Source: Candidatus Poribacteria bacterium | GTDB taxonomy: Bacteria > Poribacteria > WGA-4E > WGA-3G | Assembly: GCA_965215265.1 (NCBI GenBank) | Contig: OZ244048.1 | Span: 3,616,001-3,680,000, forward strand | Reading direction: 5' to 3' | Length of the DNA: 64,000 bases | In this document: positions 27,500 through 37,350 of the stretch, in pieces | Numbering within the stretch: the first letter of the stretch is position 1 | How the letters are laid out: every line of letters begins with the position of its first letter | Position numbers and translations under genes: made by a program | Notes under the pieces: model-generated | Databases searched by the model: none | Told to the model about the DNA's origin: nothing | The model's input: only the letters and a program-made list of their open reading frames with translations

Positions 27500-28978
27500 C
27501 TATTCAAACCCACCAACTTTCGCGGCTTCAGGCGCACGCGTCGGAAGCTCCTTCTTCGCTAAGGTGTCTTCTGGCACATAACCCGAGTAATCCGAAATCG
27601 AACCATGCGTCAACGCATACACCACTACGTTCGTCATAAAACGATATACACCCGGCGAATAGTGGACACTCCGCGTTGGAAGACTTACAGACTCCATCGC
27701 GCACATATAGTCACGCCGCACAACGATAACCGACAACTTTTCACCCACGGAGATACCTTCAAGGTAATTCCGTTTCGGTGGACGGGTGCCCCACCAGAAA
27801 ATGTCAAAACCGACCGGCGGACCGCCCATTTCGTAGAAGTTATTGTAGACCTCATGATCGTTGTCAATCCGCTCAATTTGATATTCTGGCATGACATATC
27901 GCATTTGTGCGAGGAAGAGTCGAATCATCGCCTGCGCGGGTGCGTTCACACCGCAGTCATCAAAGACGAGGAAGCCGCCTTTTTCGACCAGGTACCGCCT
28001 CATACCGGCGGCTTCGGTTTCGCTGAGTCGGCTATCCATCTTACCGCCGCCATATTGCCGTCCGAGTAGGTTCCGCGAACGAACGAGTGACGGATCATGT
28101 CCTGTCATAAACACAAAGGGTGTTTTCAACAAGTTTGCATCAGTCAGTTTCAAGGCACCGCCTTCAACGTTCATGTCTGTCTTAATTTTAGTACGTTCGT
28201 TGAGCCACTTTGTCAATGCATTCAGTGAGGATGCATCTGCCCACCAGTCAGAGAGACTGTGACGGATACGTGTAAAACGGAAGACACCGCGGATGTCGCG
28301 GCCTTTACCAATCACACGGCCACCGGGTTCGCCTCTGGGGAGGGGCGGCACTTCAACGTTCCCGAGTGTAATATTCTCAACGACATCACCGAGTGCGTCG
28401 CGTGCGGCACCCACATGTTCAACCATCGCGAGCCCGGGTGGACGTTCAAATGCGACTTTTACCTGCACTGCCCCGCCTGCCACACCGCGTGCGATGTTCG
28501 CAGGACCCGCAGACGGCGCGGTTGCAACAGGCGCTGAGAACGCTAACGCACCCGGTGCATCTGAAACCGGCAGGTCTGTGTGCGTCACCACTTGCGGCAC
28601 CGGCGCGTTCGGTGTCACCACTTTCGGGACATTCGGGTTAATCGGTGCGTCAACTTTAACGGCTTGATTGGAAAATTCTAGCACCGTCTGCGGTTGGAAG
28701 TTTGACTTCGCAACAAACGCGGTGGTGACACGCGGTTGGACTTGAACTTGTTCCACAACCACAGTATTCTGAGTTGGAACGGTTGGCTTAATAACTGGTT
28801 TGACGACAGGTTTACGAACCTTCGGTTTCGGGGGTTCCTTCGGTTGAAGAACTTCAGCACCTACGAGATCTTTGAACTGTTCTGTTTGGCTGACCAGGTA
28901 GAATCCGGCGATCAGGATAACGATTCCGTGAATCACCACTGAAGTCATCAACGCTCCTGAGGTTCTTTTTGCGCTCAT
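27500..28978 (-). CDS. Membrane-anchored Pro-rich protein with C-terminal DUF4159 domain
   Basis: N-terminal TM SVVIHG, Pro/Lys-rich linker, PFVFMTGH, YLVEKGGFLVFDDC, NVVVYALTH; ATG 28978 with GGAGG. Confidence 0.85.
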   Translation of the reverse strand: MSAKRTSGALMTSVVIHGIVILIAGFYLVSQTEQFKDLVGAEVLQPKEPPKPKVRKPVVKPVIKPTVPTQNTVVVEQVQVQPRVTTAFVAKSNFQPQTVLEFSNQAVKVDAPINPNVPKVVTPNAPVPQVVTHTDLPVSDAPGALAFSAPVATAPSAGPANIARGVAGGAVQVKVAFERPPGLAMVEHVGAARDALGDVVENITLGNVEVPPLPRGEPGGRVIGKGRDIRGVFRFTRIRHSLSDWWADASSLNALTKWLNERTKIKTDMNVEGGALKLTDANLLKTPFVFMTGHDPSLVRSRNLLGRQYGGGKMDSRLSETEAAGMRRYLVEKGGFLVFDDCGVNAPAQAMIRLFLAQMRYVMPEYQIERIDNDHEVYNNFYEMGGPPVGFDIFWWGTRPPKRNYLEGISVGEKLSVIVVRRDYMCAMESVSLPTRSVHYSPGVYRFMTNVVVYALTHGSISDYSGYVPEDTLAKKELPTRAPEAAKVGGFE

Positions 28979-29050
28979 TATTTTACCTCCAAGGGGTTTT
29001 GCAAAAATAAACTTAGAATCCAAAAATAAGATGTTGATGCTAAAGATATG

Positions 29051-29066
29051 TGCAAGTTATATGCCA
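29051..29066 (-). promoter_or_regulatory. Sigma54 (-24/-12) promoter
   Basis: TGGCATATAACTTGCA (GG-N10-GC), about 70 nt upstream of the DUF4159 start. Confidence 0.75.
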
Positions 29067-29182
29067 ATTGCTCCTATTCAACATGAATAAGGCAAGTTTA
29101 GTCTGAACGTTCCTGTGTCTATCTGTTCAGAGCCGCTTTCCATGATACGTTGAAGTTGACATATCTCCATGCATCAACAAGG

Positions 29183-29234
29183 TTACGCTGCACGAAAAGG
29201 GGCAGCTATTTTTTACGCTGCACAAAAAGGGGCA
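29183..29234. promoter_or_regulatory. Tandem 22-bp repeats, candidate enhancer (UAS) sites
   Basis: TTACGCTGCACGAAAAGGGGCA and TTACGCTGCACAAAAAGGGGCA, period 30 bp, about 120-170 bp upstream of the sigma54 site. Confidence 0.6.
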
Positions 29235-29276
29235 ATTTTGGTAAATAGAACACCCTTTGTGTTGCGATATTGTCCG

Positions 29277-29924
29277 TTAGGGTGCTTTATCTTCTGATGT
29301 GGTGAAAAACTTCGTGAGTCGCCAACTCCCTCTATCTGTCCAAGTAAAGATATTCGTATTGTTCTGTGTGATACTATCCAACTGTTGAATCATCCATTCA
29401 TCCTTTTTCTTTACGAGATAGAGTTGTGTCTCACCGGGAAACGCTCCTTTAAAGCAGTTAAACCCGACGGCACTCGCTTCGTTCCGACGAATCCAAAAGT
29501 GTGACAACTGATCGTTCTGTCCCCACTTGCTTCCCTTTGTACCGATACCTCCCCATAATCCGAGTATGCCAATTCTCACATCGTTCCACCCATCTGCGAT
29601 GGGAACCGGTTCGTTACCGGCAAAGACAGTGCCGAATGAAATAGAGCCTGTATCAAACGTTGCGGCAACCGCTTTAATATCGTTATCGTTAAAGGCTTTA
29701 TAGAAGGCACTGTAGACTTCTTGAATAGCCTGTTTCTCAACTTCAAAATCGACGGGTCTACTCGCCACAATAGGTCCTTCGTCAGCAGGACTCGTAGGCG
29801 AGGAACTTGTTTCCGGTTTTTCAGCGGTTTCTTCTGCATCGTCGCCGCCGCAGCCAACAATGCTAACGCTCGCGATGCCCATAACGAATAGGACAATTAC
29901 GAGCCACCTTAATCTCAATTGCAT
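29277..29924 (-). CDS. Lipoprotein with NTF2/SnoaL-like domain
   Basis: IVGC lipobox; EKQAIQEVYSAFYKAFNDNDI...KKKDEWMI. Confidence 0.7.
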   Translation of the reverse strand: MQLRLRWLVIVLFVMGIASVSIVGCGGDDAEETAEKPETSSSPTSPADEGPIVASRPVDFEVEKQAIQEVYSAFYKAFNDNDIKAVAATFDTGSISFGTVFAGNEPVPIADGWNDVRIGILGLWGGIGTKGSKWGQNDQLSHFWIRRNEASAVGFNCFKGAFPGETQLYLVKKKDEWMIQQLDSITQNNTNIFTWTDRGSWRLTKFFTTSEDKAP

Positions 29925-30017
29925 TTTCTAAATTCCTCCTTTGGGCTTTTCAATAGCATCAAGGAATCGTCTTGTGATTAAGACGAATTTTTCTTAAGAT
30001 ACTGTTCAAGTTAAAAT

Positions 30018-30046
30018 ATTATAGTTTATAAAAAAAAATATGTCAA
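30018..30046 (-). promoter_or_regulatory. Consensus sigma70 promoter
   Basis: TTGACA-17-TATAAT. Confidence 0.75.
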
Positions 30047-30180
30047 GTTAATTTTATCAGAAAAAATTAAGGACGTTATACTCACTTTTTTTCAAGAAAT
30101 ATTCTCACAAGGTTTCTTAACAAGATTACTCTGGCGAAGCCGAAATTGATTGAGAGTAGATATTCATTCCGAAGGTAAAC

Positions 30181-31347
30181 TTATTTAAGAAGCGTACAAA
30201 AGGCTTGGATCACATCGGAGACTTGGATTTCGGGCATGCATCCGTCTATTCCAAATCGACACGAAGTTCCGAGGCATGGTGGGCACTCCTGCTCCCTCCG
30301 AATCGTCTGACACTGCGCGCCTACAGGACCAAAACGGGCGGGGTCGCCGGGGCCGTACAGTCCGATGGTCGGTATACCGACTGCTGCTGCGAGATGCATC
30401 GGGCCGCTATCGTTGCCTATAAATATATGAGATATATACAAAATTGATGCCAATTGCTGAAAGGTTGTTTTGCCGGCAAGATTCGTTGATTGCTCCCGCA
30501 TGTAACCTTGAATTTGCGTGACGATCGGAATTTCATCCTGTACGCCGACAAAGAGAATTTCTGCACGTTTTTGTGCAATTAGCCAATCGGCGAGTTTGGC
30601 ATAACGTTCCGGTTTCCACCGTTTAAGCGCAATCGGGGAGCCCGGATGGATAGCAACTAACGGATATACTGTTGAGCCTATCGTAGTATTTGGCAAGACA
30701 GTTGAATTAATTCCGTTCGCCTTTAGGAAATTAAATGCCCATCTTTTATCCTCTTCTGTCACTTGAAATTTAGGAATTTTCACCGGCGTTGGAATACCTG
30801 CACGCGCTAAGACATCAAGATTGCGCGTGGTTTCATGTGTACCGGAGAATCGAAAGAATCCTTTAACACACAACTTTTGATGCAAAAAGTTAGCAATCTG
30901 TAAGGTTGCCCGGTCAAGCCGTTTTGGTGCAACTCGAAAGAGTGCGCAGCAGACAATACGCCAATCGCTACGTAATTCTACTAACGCATCATATTTTTGC
31001 TGACGTAACTGGTGGTAGAGTTTAATTGTCTCCCAGAGCCCTGTCGGCGAGTCGTCTACACGACAAAAAAACGGTGAATTGTATTCAATTATCTTATTAA
31101 CATCCGGATGGTTTTCCATAACCATGCGACTCCAGGCACCGGTAAGTGCGTGCAGCTCGGCATCCGGGTACGCACGACGCAAATTGGAAAACACCGGTGT
31201 CGCTAACAACACATCTCCGAGATGATCGAGTTTGACAACGAGGATGCGTTGTGGCATCCAATCGCTCGGTAACCTGCTGTGATAAAAGAGGCACTGGAGA
31301 GCCGCAGACACGATTAACGTGAAAATTTCCTTTAAATTCCGAAGCAT
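30181..31347 (-). CDS. Glycosyltransferase family 9 (LPS heptosyltransferase-like)
   Basis: ILVVKLDHLGDVLLATP, IHPGS..KRW, GNDSGPMHLAAA. Confidence 0.9.
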   Translation of the reverse strand: MLRNLKEIFTLIVSAALQCLFYHSRLPSDWMPQRILVVKLDHLGDVLLATPVFSNLRRAYPDAELHALTGAWSRMVMENHPDVNKIIEYNSPFFCRVDDSPTGLWETIKLYHQLRQQKYDALVELRSDWRIVCCALFRVAPKRLDRATLQIANFLHQKLCVKGFFRFSGTHETTRNLDVLARAGIPTPVKIPKFQVTEEDKRWAFNFLKANGINSTVLPNTTIGSTVYPLVAIHPGSPIALKRWKPERYAKLADWLIAQKRAEILFVGVQDEIPIVTQIQGYMREQSTNLAGKTTFQQLASILYISHIFIGNDSGPMHLAAAVGIPTIGLYGPGDPARFGPVGAQCQTIRREQECPPCLGTSCRFGIDGCMPEIQVSDVIQAFCTLLK

Positions 31348-31507
31348 GGTTCTACAGTATAACAGATTTATAGGATAACTGTCAAATATTTGCTTGTGTA
31401 GAGGTAACGTTAGGAACGCGGCACCAAAAACTAACTTGCATTCGCAAGTAGATTCTGCTATACTACTTTCAAGTGTTTTTTTTAGAGTTGGAGTCGGACG
31501 CGGGTGT

Positions 31508-34042
31508 ATGCAGTTTATTAAACACTTCTCAGAGATTGATGATGCAGATCTTTCGAGCGTCGGCGGTAAAACGTTGAACCTCGGAAAACTGATGCGAGGC
31601 GGGTTCCCTGTCCCTAAAGGTTTCTGTGTAACAACAGCTGCCTATCGATTCGTAATGGGCATAGGTACTGTGGAATCAGATGCCGTTAAAAGTATTGCGT
31701 TAGCCCCAGAACTTATCGCGGAAATTGAAGAGGCATATAAGACTTTGCAGACTGGCACGGTGGCTGTTCGTTCCAGTGCAACTGCTGAAGATTTACCGGA
31801 TGCAAGCTTCGCTGGACAACAAGATACGTTTTTAAACGTAAATCCGGAGACGCTTTTAGACGCACTGAAAGCATGTTGGGCTTCTCTCTGGTCCGAACGT
31901 GCTATCGCCTATCGGCAAATCCAAGGCATTCCCGAAGAAGGATTAGCTATGGCAGTTATCATCCAAGAGATGTGCACAGCGGATGTCTCCGGTGTCATGT
32001 TTACCATGAGTCCTTTTTCAGGGTCAAAAGAAAATATCTGTATTATCGAATCAAATTGGGGATTAGGCGAATCAGTTGTCTCCGGCGCAATGACTCCAGA
32101 CAACTTTCATGTCTCGCGAGAAACGGGGGAAATTGTAAAAAAAAATGTTGCTCTGAAACAGGAGATGATAACGGCCTCTGGTGTCAGTGAGGTACCATCT
32201 GCTCAACAGAATATTCCGAGTTTAACAGATGTACAGTTGAAACGTCTTGCACAACTCGGAATAGAGGTAGAGGCCTTCTACGAACAGCCAATGGATATTG
32301 AATGGGCACTCACAGACGGAGAATTTGTTTTATTGCAAGCGCGTTCTATTACCGGGCAAGTTACGACACACGCTCCAAAAGCGGTTGAAGCGCTGCGACA
32401 GGCAGAAATTCAGCGGTTAGAAAAATGCGTCAATGCCTCTAGAATTGTTTGGAGCCATCACAATCTCGCCGAGGTTTTGCCTGCGCCGTTCCCCATGACC
32501 TGGGCAATTATTAAAGAATTTATGTCCGGCTCCGGCGGATTGGGCATGGCCTATCGCAGCTTAGGGTTCTATCCGAGCAAGCGCGTTGATAAAATGGGTA
32601 TTCTCGATTTAGTCTGCGGGCGAATTTACGTTAATTTGAATCGTGAGGCAGAACTCTTCTTTGATGGCTTTCCGTTTGTACACGATTTTGAGGCACTCAA
32701 ACAGCACCCGCAAAAGGCAATGTATGCTCAAGCTGCCCCTAACATCAGCGAAAGTTCCGCCTCATTTTGGTTCAAACTACCTCTACACATCGTCCGAATG
32801 AGCAAGGCAGAATTGCGTTTAAGAAAACAGCGTGCCGATTTCGACAAGTTTTTGACGGCGGAGATATTCCCACAGTTTCAGGCTGCTGCTGAAGCCGAAC
32901 GCCAATGCGTTTATACGGACTTGTCGAACGCTGAATTAGTTCAGAAGTTCCAGACGTGGCGTGACAAAACCTTGAATGAATTTGCCCCACAAGCATTGAT
33001 AGCAACCCTACTCGCCGGTTTTTCACTACAGCGGCTACAAGCCGCACTTCAAAAATGTACCGATGAAGCATCCGCAGCAGTTCTCTTACAAAAACTCATC
33101 GGGGGGCTGTCGGACAATCTGACTGTCAAAACGAACGAGAAATTGTGGCAGGTGGCAGCGGGTGAATTTACACTTGCCGATTTCTTAAACGAGGCAGGGC
33201 ATCGTGCGGTTGGAGAATTTGAATTGGCACAACCGCGTTGGCGCGAAGATAGCGCCTACCTGGAACAGGTTATTGCATCCTTCCGCACGTCTGGTGCTAC
33301 AGATACACCTCAACACTATACTTTGCAAAAACAACGAGAACAACGTGAAGAAGCAGAAGAAAGCCTCGCAGTACTGCTAACAAAGCACAATCGTGTAAAA
33401 AAACAGATCGAGCAAGAACTCGCTTTTACACGCCGCTATATGCCTTTCCGTGAGACAGCGAAATTTTACCTGATGCTCGGTTACGAACAGATTCGACGCA
33501 CCTTAGTTGAACTCGATAAACGCTATAGACTTGACAGTGGAATCTTCTATTTGATACCTGATGAACTACCACAACTTATTAATGGGGAGGATGTCTGTAA
33601 TATCATTGCAGAACGCAAATCCCAGCGGGAGCTGCTGCTGCAGATTGAGCTTCCGGATGTGCTTTTTAGTGATTCACTGGATAGTATCGGACTTCGGGTC
33701 TCAGAAAAATTGACAGCAAATTCCGAAACATATACCGGTACAGGCGTATCAGCAGGCGTAGCGATAGGCACCGCACGTGTACTTTTGAATCCTGCTGATG
33801 TGCTTCCGACAGACAGGGATTATATCTTGGTCTGTCCTTCTACAGATCCTGCGTGGACACCCCTATTTCTATATGCCGCGGGACTTGTGATGGAACGAGG
33901 TGGATTGCTCTCGCACGGGGCAGTGGTTGCAAGAGAGTACGGTGTTCCGGCTGTCGTCAACATTCCGGACGCGACGCGCAAAATCTCTGATGGACAAGAA
34001 CTACGTGTGGATGGAGACCAAGGTACCGTTTCGATTCTTTAG
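31508..34042 (+). CDS. PEP-synthase-like dikinase (rifampin phosphotransferase-like architecture)
   Basis: VGGK..NLG, AVRSSATAED..SFAGQ, WGLGE, DIEWA, LQARSIT; C-terminal swivel domain TDPAWTPL..GGLLSHGAVVAREYG; no PEP-binding C-terminal barrel. Confidence 0.85.
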   Translation: MQFIKHFSEIDDADLSSVGGKTLNLGKLMRGGFPVPKGFCVTTAAYRFVMGIGTVESDAVKSIALAPELIAEIEEAYKTLQTGTVAVRSSATAEDLPDASFAGQQDTFLNVNPETLLDALKACWASLWSERAIAYRQIQGIPEEGLAMAVIIQEMCTADVSGVMFTMSPFSGSKENICIIESNWGLGESVVSGAMTPDNFHVSRETGEIVKKNVALKQEMITASGVSEVPSAQQNIPSLTDVQLKRLAQLGIEVEAFYEQPMDIEWALTDGEFVLLQARSITGQVTTHAPKAVEALRQAEIQRLEKCVNASRIVWSHHNLAEVLPAPFPMTWAIIKEFMSGSGGLGMAYRSLGFYPSKRVDKMGILDLVCGRIYVNLNREAELFFDGFPFVHDFEALKQHPQKAMYAQAAPNISESSASFWFKLPLHIVRMSKAELRLRKQRADFDKFLTAEIFPQFQAAAEAERQCVYTDLSNAELVQKFQTWRDKTLNEFAPQALIATLLAGFSLQRLQAALQKCTDEASAAVLLQKLIGGLSDNLTVKTNEKLWQVAAGEFTLADFLNEAGHRAVGEFELAQPRWREDSAYLEQVIASFRTSGATDTPQHYTLQKQREQREEAEESLAVLLTKHNRVKKQIEQELAFTRRYMPFRETAKFYLMLGYEQIRRTLVELDKRYRLDSGIFYLIPDELPQLINGEDVCNIIAERKSQRELLLQIELPDVLFSDSLDSIGLRVSEKLTANSETYTGTGVSAGVAIGTARVLLNPADVLPTDRDYILVCPSTDPAWTPLFLYAAGLVMERGGLLSHGAVVAREYGVPAVVNIPDATRKISDGQELRVDGDQGTVSIL

Positions 34043-34056
34043 GATTAGTAGGATCC

Positions 34057-35193
34057 ATGAAAATAAAGCACTGCGAATTCCAATATCCAATCACTCAACT
34101 TGCTCAGCGTCAGAACTATTCACTGAGACGACACAGCGGCCGAAAAAAGACACGAAACGCATTTCTGAGTTCTCTGATTATTCATGCAATCGTGCTCGGG
34201 TTGCTCAGCTTCAGCTACGTTAAATGGTATAAACCGATGCTGCCCTCAGAACCACTTGTGTCTGAAGCAATTACGGTAACGGAACTTCAACGTTTCCATA
34301 TAACAAGTTTCCGGAAACGTTCAATGCCTGCAGCACGGCGTTCACGTCCCACAGCACCTGCCGTCCGGGACACCGCGGCACCGATGCGTCCGATGGAAGC
34401 GGCACATTCGATAACAGCACGTACGGCAATGCCCAGTACACAGACAGCGGCACGTTTACCGATGACAGAGACATCCATTGATACGCTGAATGCAGAATTG
34501 AAACCACTTGCAACAGCCGATGTAAAGCCGGAGCAGCTGGTAAGTTCTAATTTGCTAAATGTTTTGAAGATGCAAGAACCGTCTAAAATGACACAGCAAA
34601 CGGGTACAGTGGAATCTAAACCGTTCCTTGGTCTCATTGATAGAGATGCACATATCGGTGAGGCATTGGAAGGCATAGCAGAAAGCATTGCGGATGGCAC
34701 TAGCGAGCCGGTTGCCGTTGACACTGTTTTTTTACTTGACATTAGTGGGAGTATGATAGATAATATCCGTGCAGTTGGTAGACAACTCACCCGCATGGTA
34801 GAGGTATTTGAGGAGAAAAACGTTGATTTTACTCTCGGTATTGTTATTTTTAGATACCTTGAGGGTGATACGATCATCCATCCACAGACAAAAGATGCTG
34901 AGAGATATAAACGACTACTGACCTCTCACGTGGTCGCAGCAGCCGGTGATGAAAGAGCACACAACGCTATCATGAAAACAATTCGCCGTGTCAATTTTAG
35001 AGAGGGAGCAAACCGCAGGTTCATCCTCGTTACTGATGAACCAAGTAAAGGTTCTTATTCATTATCAGAGGTGCTTGTTCAGTGTTTGAAACAGAAAATT
35101 GTGGTAGATGTTATCGGTATTAACGATACTTCTCACAAAGCACTCACCGTTAAAACCGGGGGACTCTGGTTCCCCATTCCGAAACAGGAGTAG
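34057..35193 (+). CDS. Membrane-anchored VWA domain protein
   Basis: TM SSLIIH; MIDAS DISGSM; ILVTDEP. Confidence 0.85.
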   Translation: MKIKHCEFQYPITQLAQRQNYSLRRHSGRKKTRNAFLSSLIIHAIVLGLLSFSYVKWYKPMLPSEPLVSEAITVTELQRFHITSFRKRSMPAARRSRPTAPAVRDTAAPMRPMEAAHSITARTAMPSTQTAARLPMTETSIDTLNAELKPLATADVKPEQLVSSNLLNVLKMQEPSKMTQQTGTVESKPFLGLIDRDAHIGEALEGIAESIADGTSEPVAVDTVFLLDISGSMIDNIRAVGRQLTRMVEVFEEKNVDFTLGIVIFRYLEGDTIIHPQTKDAERYKRLLTSHVVAAAGDERAHNAIMKTIRRVNFREGANRRFILVTDEPSKGSYSLSEVLVQCLKQKIVVDVIGINDTSHKALTVKTGGLWFPIPKQE

Positions 35194-35199
35194 AGTTTG

Positions 35200-35964
35200 A
35201 TGAAATGGGCATTGAATACATATCAAACGTGTCAGGAGTGGGAGCTTGCACGGATACTTGAAACCGCTGAAGCTACGGGGTATCACGGTGTTGAACTCCT
35301 CATGGATTACCAACAAAAACATGGTTTTGAATGGAATACACCGAAAGAGGAGTGGGCAGGATTAAAAACACAAGTTGATTCAAGCCGGGTCGTTATCTCT
35401 TCACTGACGAGCTGCCAAAATTTCCATTCTGCTCAGGCTGCTGACCGGGAAGAGAGCATCCGGCGCATCATGCGTGTGATTGATATGGCAGAATTTATGG
35501 ACTGCAACCACGTCCGGGTCCTCGGAGATCGGTATACTGAGGATACTCGTGATGCTGTCATCCGGTACGTCACAGAAGGCTTGAAAGCCTCAGGAAACTA
35601 TGCTGGGGAAAAGGACATTACTGTCTCTATTGAGATGCACGGTTCTTTCACCGATCCGGATTCCGCGATGCAGGTGATTGAAAACGTGAATTTACCCAAC
35701 GTTGGCTTTGTCTTCAATTCGCAATTTGTTGGCTGTGATGAAGGCAGTATTGAACCACTCTTTTCCCGCGTAGCAACCTACATCACTGCTGTGCATACAC
35801 ACCGGGTAGAAGAACCGGAAACATTTGAATTGTATCGTCAAATGTTTGGATGGCTTAAACGCATCGGCTTCTCTGGCTACATTTCCAATGAGTGCGCGTA
35901 TACCGGCCCGGATGCGGAGAAGGTTCTCGCTCTCTACGTTGGACTTTTCAAAGCCTTTATCTGA
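35200..35964 (+). CDS. Sugar phosphate isomerase/epimerase
   Basis: GYHGVEL, SIEMHG, GYISNE. Confidence 0.85.
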   Translation: MKWALNTYQTCQEWELARILETAEATGYHGVELLMDYQQKHGFEWNTPKEEWAGLKTQVDSSRVVISSLTSCQNFHSAQAADREESIRRIMRVIDMAEFMDCNHVRVLGDRYTEDTRDAVIRYVTEGLKASGNYAGEKDITVSIEMHGSFTDPDSAMQVIENVNLPNVGFVFNSQFVGCDEGSIEPLFSRVATYITAVHTHRVEEPETFELYRQMFGWLKRIGFSGYISNECAYTGPDAEKVLALYVGLFKAFI

Positions 35965-35968
35965 AAAC

Positions 35969-37342
35969 ATGAAGAGTTCACAATCTGCACATCTCTATAG
36001 GCGGGTAGCAATTCCACTTGCCTTCCTTAATGAAACATCTGGAAAGAGGTGGGGCGGCGATATCCGTATCGGGGACTTGACAGGTGATGGAAATGCCGAT
36101 CTTCTGGTTTACAAATCCATCGGGGGTATCCATCCATGCTTTCTTGGGGCGTTTACACTCGAAGGTGAGCCGATCTGGGCATTCGGTAATAAGCATCTTA
36201 CACTCCAAGACGCTGACGATGAAACATCTGTCCTAGAAACACTCTCGCCCGAACGTCCCGGTCCTGTTGCGATTTATGATATCGACGCGGACGGAAAAGC
36301 AGAGGTTATCTGTTTTTGGCTTAGTTCAAAGGCGAGACAAGCGAGCAAATGGAGTCTATCTGCAATTCAGTTGCTGATTTTAGACGGCGCGACCGGTGCG
36401 GTTAAACACAGTAGCACACCTGACGAACTTCGGCACTGTAACGCTTATGCAGAAGGTGAACTGCACATTCCAAACTATGTACATCAACGTTTGATGATTG
36501 CCAATCTTTGTGGCAATGCCCAAGCCCAAGATTTTGTCGTTAAGGTTGGGGTTGCTGTGCTCGCCTTTAACCACGAACTTGAGTTACTGTGGCAACATAC
36601 GGATCGGTGGTTCCGTTACCCGCGCCACTCAGCGTATATCCCCGCTGTTGGGGACATCAACGGCGACGGGCTTGATGAAGTCAACGGTGGCAATTTCGGG
36701 CTAGCTGCCGATGGAACGGTACTCTGGGATAAGTACCTTGGCGATAACATGGACTCAGTCCTAGTTGAAGAATGGGGCGAGAATAGCAGAGATGCCAAAG
36801 CAGCTATCCTCTCTGGAGGGGGCCAGGTCCTCCGTAGCGATGGTACGTCGGTTTTCTCGCTGGGGCTCGAAACAGTGCCGCATGGACAAGAAATTCGGTG
36901 CGGTAACCTCCTCACAGACTCATCAGGGCGCGAACTTGTTGTCCGTTATAACGGACACAAGCCAGAACTGATGGTGGTAGACAACAGCGGGCAGATTCGG
37001 AGCCGGTTTCGCGTTGAGGAAGCGCCAAACAATACAGGCTTAGAGATTATCCGTTGGAATGGATTAGGTAATGCTGAATTAATTTATAGTCCCGCGGCGC
37101 TCTATGATGCATACGGGAATAAAGTGGTGACGTTTCCGGAACTCCCGCCACCAACTGGTGGCAAAATGGGGTGGTACCACTGCTTTCCTGCTGATGTCTG
37201 TGGAGACGAACGGGAAGAGGTTATCTTATATGACCCTTACAGTGACACGGTCTATATCTATACGCCAAAACCTTTTAATCCCAACCAATTTAAGGGCTAT
37301 AAGCACACGGAACGGCAGTACAACGCCCGGTTAATGGACTAA
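35969..37342 (+). CDS. Ca-binding beta-propeller, rhamnogalacturonan lyase (PL11)-like
   Basis: GDLTGDG, YDIDADGKAEV, GDINGDGLDEV, ADVCGDEREEV; ATG 35969 preferred. Confidence 0.55.
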   Translation: MKSSQSAHLYRRVAIPLAFLNETSGKRWGGDIRIGDLTGDGNADLLVYKSIGGIHPCFLGAFTLEGEPIWAFGNKHLTLQDADDETSVLETLSPERPGPVAIYDIDADGKAEVICFWLSSKARQASKWSLSAIQLLILDGATGAVKHSSTPDELRHCNAYAEGELHIPNYVHQRLMIANLCGNAQAQDFVVKVGVAVLAFNHELELLWQHTDRWFRYPRHSAYIPAVGDINGDGLDEVNGGNFGLAADGTVLWDKYLGDNMDSVLVEEWGENSRDAKAAILSGGGQVLRSDGTSVFSLGLETVPHGQEIRCGNLLTDSSGRELVVRYNGHKPELMVVDNSGQIRSRFRVEEAPNNTGLEIIRWNGLGNAELIYSPAALYDAYGNKVVTFPELPPPTGGKMGWYHCFPADVCGDEREEVILYDPYSDTVYIYTPKPFNPNQFKGYKHTERQYNARLMD

Positions 37343-37350
37343 GAAACAAC

